Assembly (NCBI RefSeq): GCF_000186885.1
Contig: NC_014972.1
Span: 870,001 to 902,000 of the forward strand
Source: Desulfobulbus propionicus DSM 2032
Lineage (GTDB): Bacteria > Desulfobacterota > Desulfobulbia > Desulfobulbales > Desulfobulbaceae
Direction: 5' to 3'
DNA: 32,000 nt
A program made the position numbers and the translations under genes. The number at the start of each line of letters is the position of its first letter. The first letter of the stretch is position 1. Positions 31,161-32,000 of the stretch are shown piece by piece. The notes below the pieces were generated by a model. It was not told the DNA's origin and did no database searches. It saw only the letters and a list, made by a program, of their open reading frames with translations.

Positions 31161-32000
31161 TGAAGGCGTTATCCTTGCTGGGATCGACCGGGTCCATCGG
31201 CACCAATGTGCTGGCGGTGGTGCGACAGTTTCCCGAACAGTTCCGGATTGTAGGCCTTGCGGCCGGCCGCAATGTCGCCCTGTTGGCCGAGCAGGTGCTG
31301 GAGTTTCAGCCGGAATGCATTTCGGTGGCTGAGCCAGCGTTAGTCTCCCCTCTTGCACAACGGCTGCCCCCGTCCTATCATTCCCGTATCGTTTGCGGGA
31401 CCGAGGGCAACTGCGCGGTGGCCTCGCTAGCCTCTGCTCACATGGTGGTTTCTGCCGTGGTTGGTGCGATTGGCCTGCTGCCAGCCTTGACCGCCATTCG
31501 GGCTGGCAAGGATGTGGGCCTGGCCAACAAGGAAACCTTGGTCATGGCTGGTCGACTGGTGATGCGGTCTGCACAGCAGCATAAGGTTCAGTTGCTGCCC
31601 ATTGATTCCGAACACAGCGCCATCTTTCAAGCCTTGGAGGCTGGACGCAAACAGGACGTGGCCCGGATTATTCTCACCGCCTCCGGTGGTCCGTTTCGGA
31701 CCTGGAGCAAGGACGATCTGGCAACCGCTGCCCCCGCGCAGGCTCTTGCCCACCCCAATTGGAGTATGGGGCGCAAGATCTCCATCGATTCCGCAACGTT
31801 GATGAACAAGGGGCTTGAAGTAATCGAGGCCCGCTGGCTTTTTGACGTCGAACCTGAGCAAATCGAGGTAGTGGTGCATCCGCAATCGATTGTTCATTCA
31901 CTGGTGGAATATCAGGACGGTTCGGTGGTTGCCCAGTTAGGGATCCCGGATATGCGGATCCCCATCGCCTATGCGCTGTCCTATCCCAAGCGGCTTGAAT
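31160..32000 (+). CDS. dxr: 1-deoxy-D-xylulose 5-phosphate reductoisomerase, N-terminal part (3' truncated; absent from ORF track because no stop in window)
   Basis: Direct translation from ATG 31160 (1-nt overlap with the cdsA stop): [21 protein letters not shown]...[12 protein letters not shown]...[16 protein letters not shown]...[13 protein letters not shown]...[31 protein letters not shown]. Confidence 0.97.
   Translation, partial: MKALSLLGSTGSIGTNVLAVVRQFPEQFRIVGLAAGRNVALLAEQVLEFQPECISVAEPALVSPLAQRLPPSYHSRIVCGTEGNCAVASLASAHMVVSAVVGAIGLLPALTAIRAGKDVGLANKETLVMAGRLVMRSAQQHKVQLLPIDSEHSAIFQALEAGRKQDVARIILTASGGPFRTWSKDDLATAAPAQALAHPNWSMGRKISIDSATLMNKGLEVIEARWLFDVEPEQIEVVVHPQSIVHSLVEYQDGSVVAQLGIPDMRIPIAYALSYPKRLE

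Noticed and set aside
30069-31358. Long (429 aa) minus-strand ORF antisense to uppS/cdsA/dxr
   Set aside because: Opposite three clearly recognisable genes in GC-rich DNA where minus-frame stops are rare. No recognisable domain, and its translation is Q/G/H-rich in the way shadow ORFs are.
1-32000. Hidden novel system (CRISPR, toxin-antitoxin, phage, retroelement, tandem repeats)
   Set aside because: Coding density is near complete with universally conserved genes. No direct-repeat arrays, reverse transcriptase, integrase, transposase or unexplained long + strand ORF was seen.

Overview
This 32 kb window is one continuous, entirely + strand housekeeping superoperon. It runs rpoB(3' end)-rpoC-rpsL-rpsG-fusA-tuf, then the full S10/spc/alpha ribosomal-protein clusters with secY, map, infA and rpoA, then rplQ, a strong Rho-independent terminator, a small YkgJ-like cysteine-cluster gene, and rpsB-tsf-pyrH-frr-uppS-cdsA-dxr(5' part). 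I count 44 genes. rpmJ (37 aa) and the open-ended dxr are missing from the supplied ORF track and were read directly from the sequence. Gene order and protein sequences suggest a deltaproteobacterial (Desulfobulbales-like) chromosome; that taxonomic call is inference. I found no mobile element, CRISPR array, tRNA, rRNA, defence locus or novel gene system. The points worth a second look are regulatory or compositional: (1) the fusA Shine-Dalgarno lies inside a perfect 9-bp inverted repeat, downstream of two tandem sigma70-like promoters; (2) two overlapping, mutually exclusive hairpins precede pyrH; (3) the rpsB-tsf spacer carries a long hairpin and a short SD-proximal hairpin; (4) a perfect 10-bp hairpin sits between rpoC and rpsL; (5) promoter-like elements precede infA and rpsB; (6) a YkgJ-like gene begins 16 nt after a strong terminator; (7) GC content is mosaic, with tuf GC-rich between AT-richer fusA and rpsJ.
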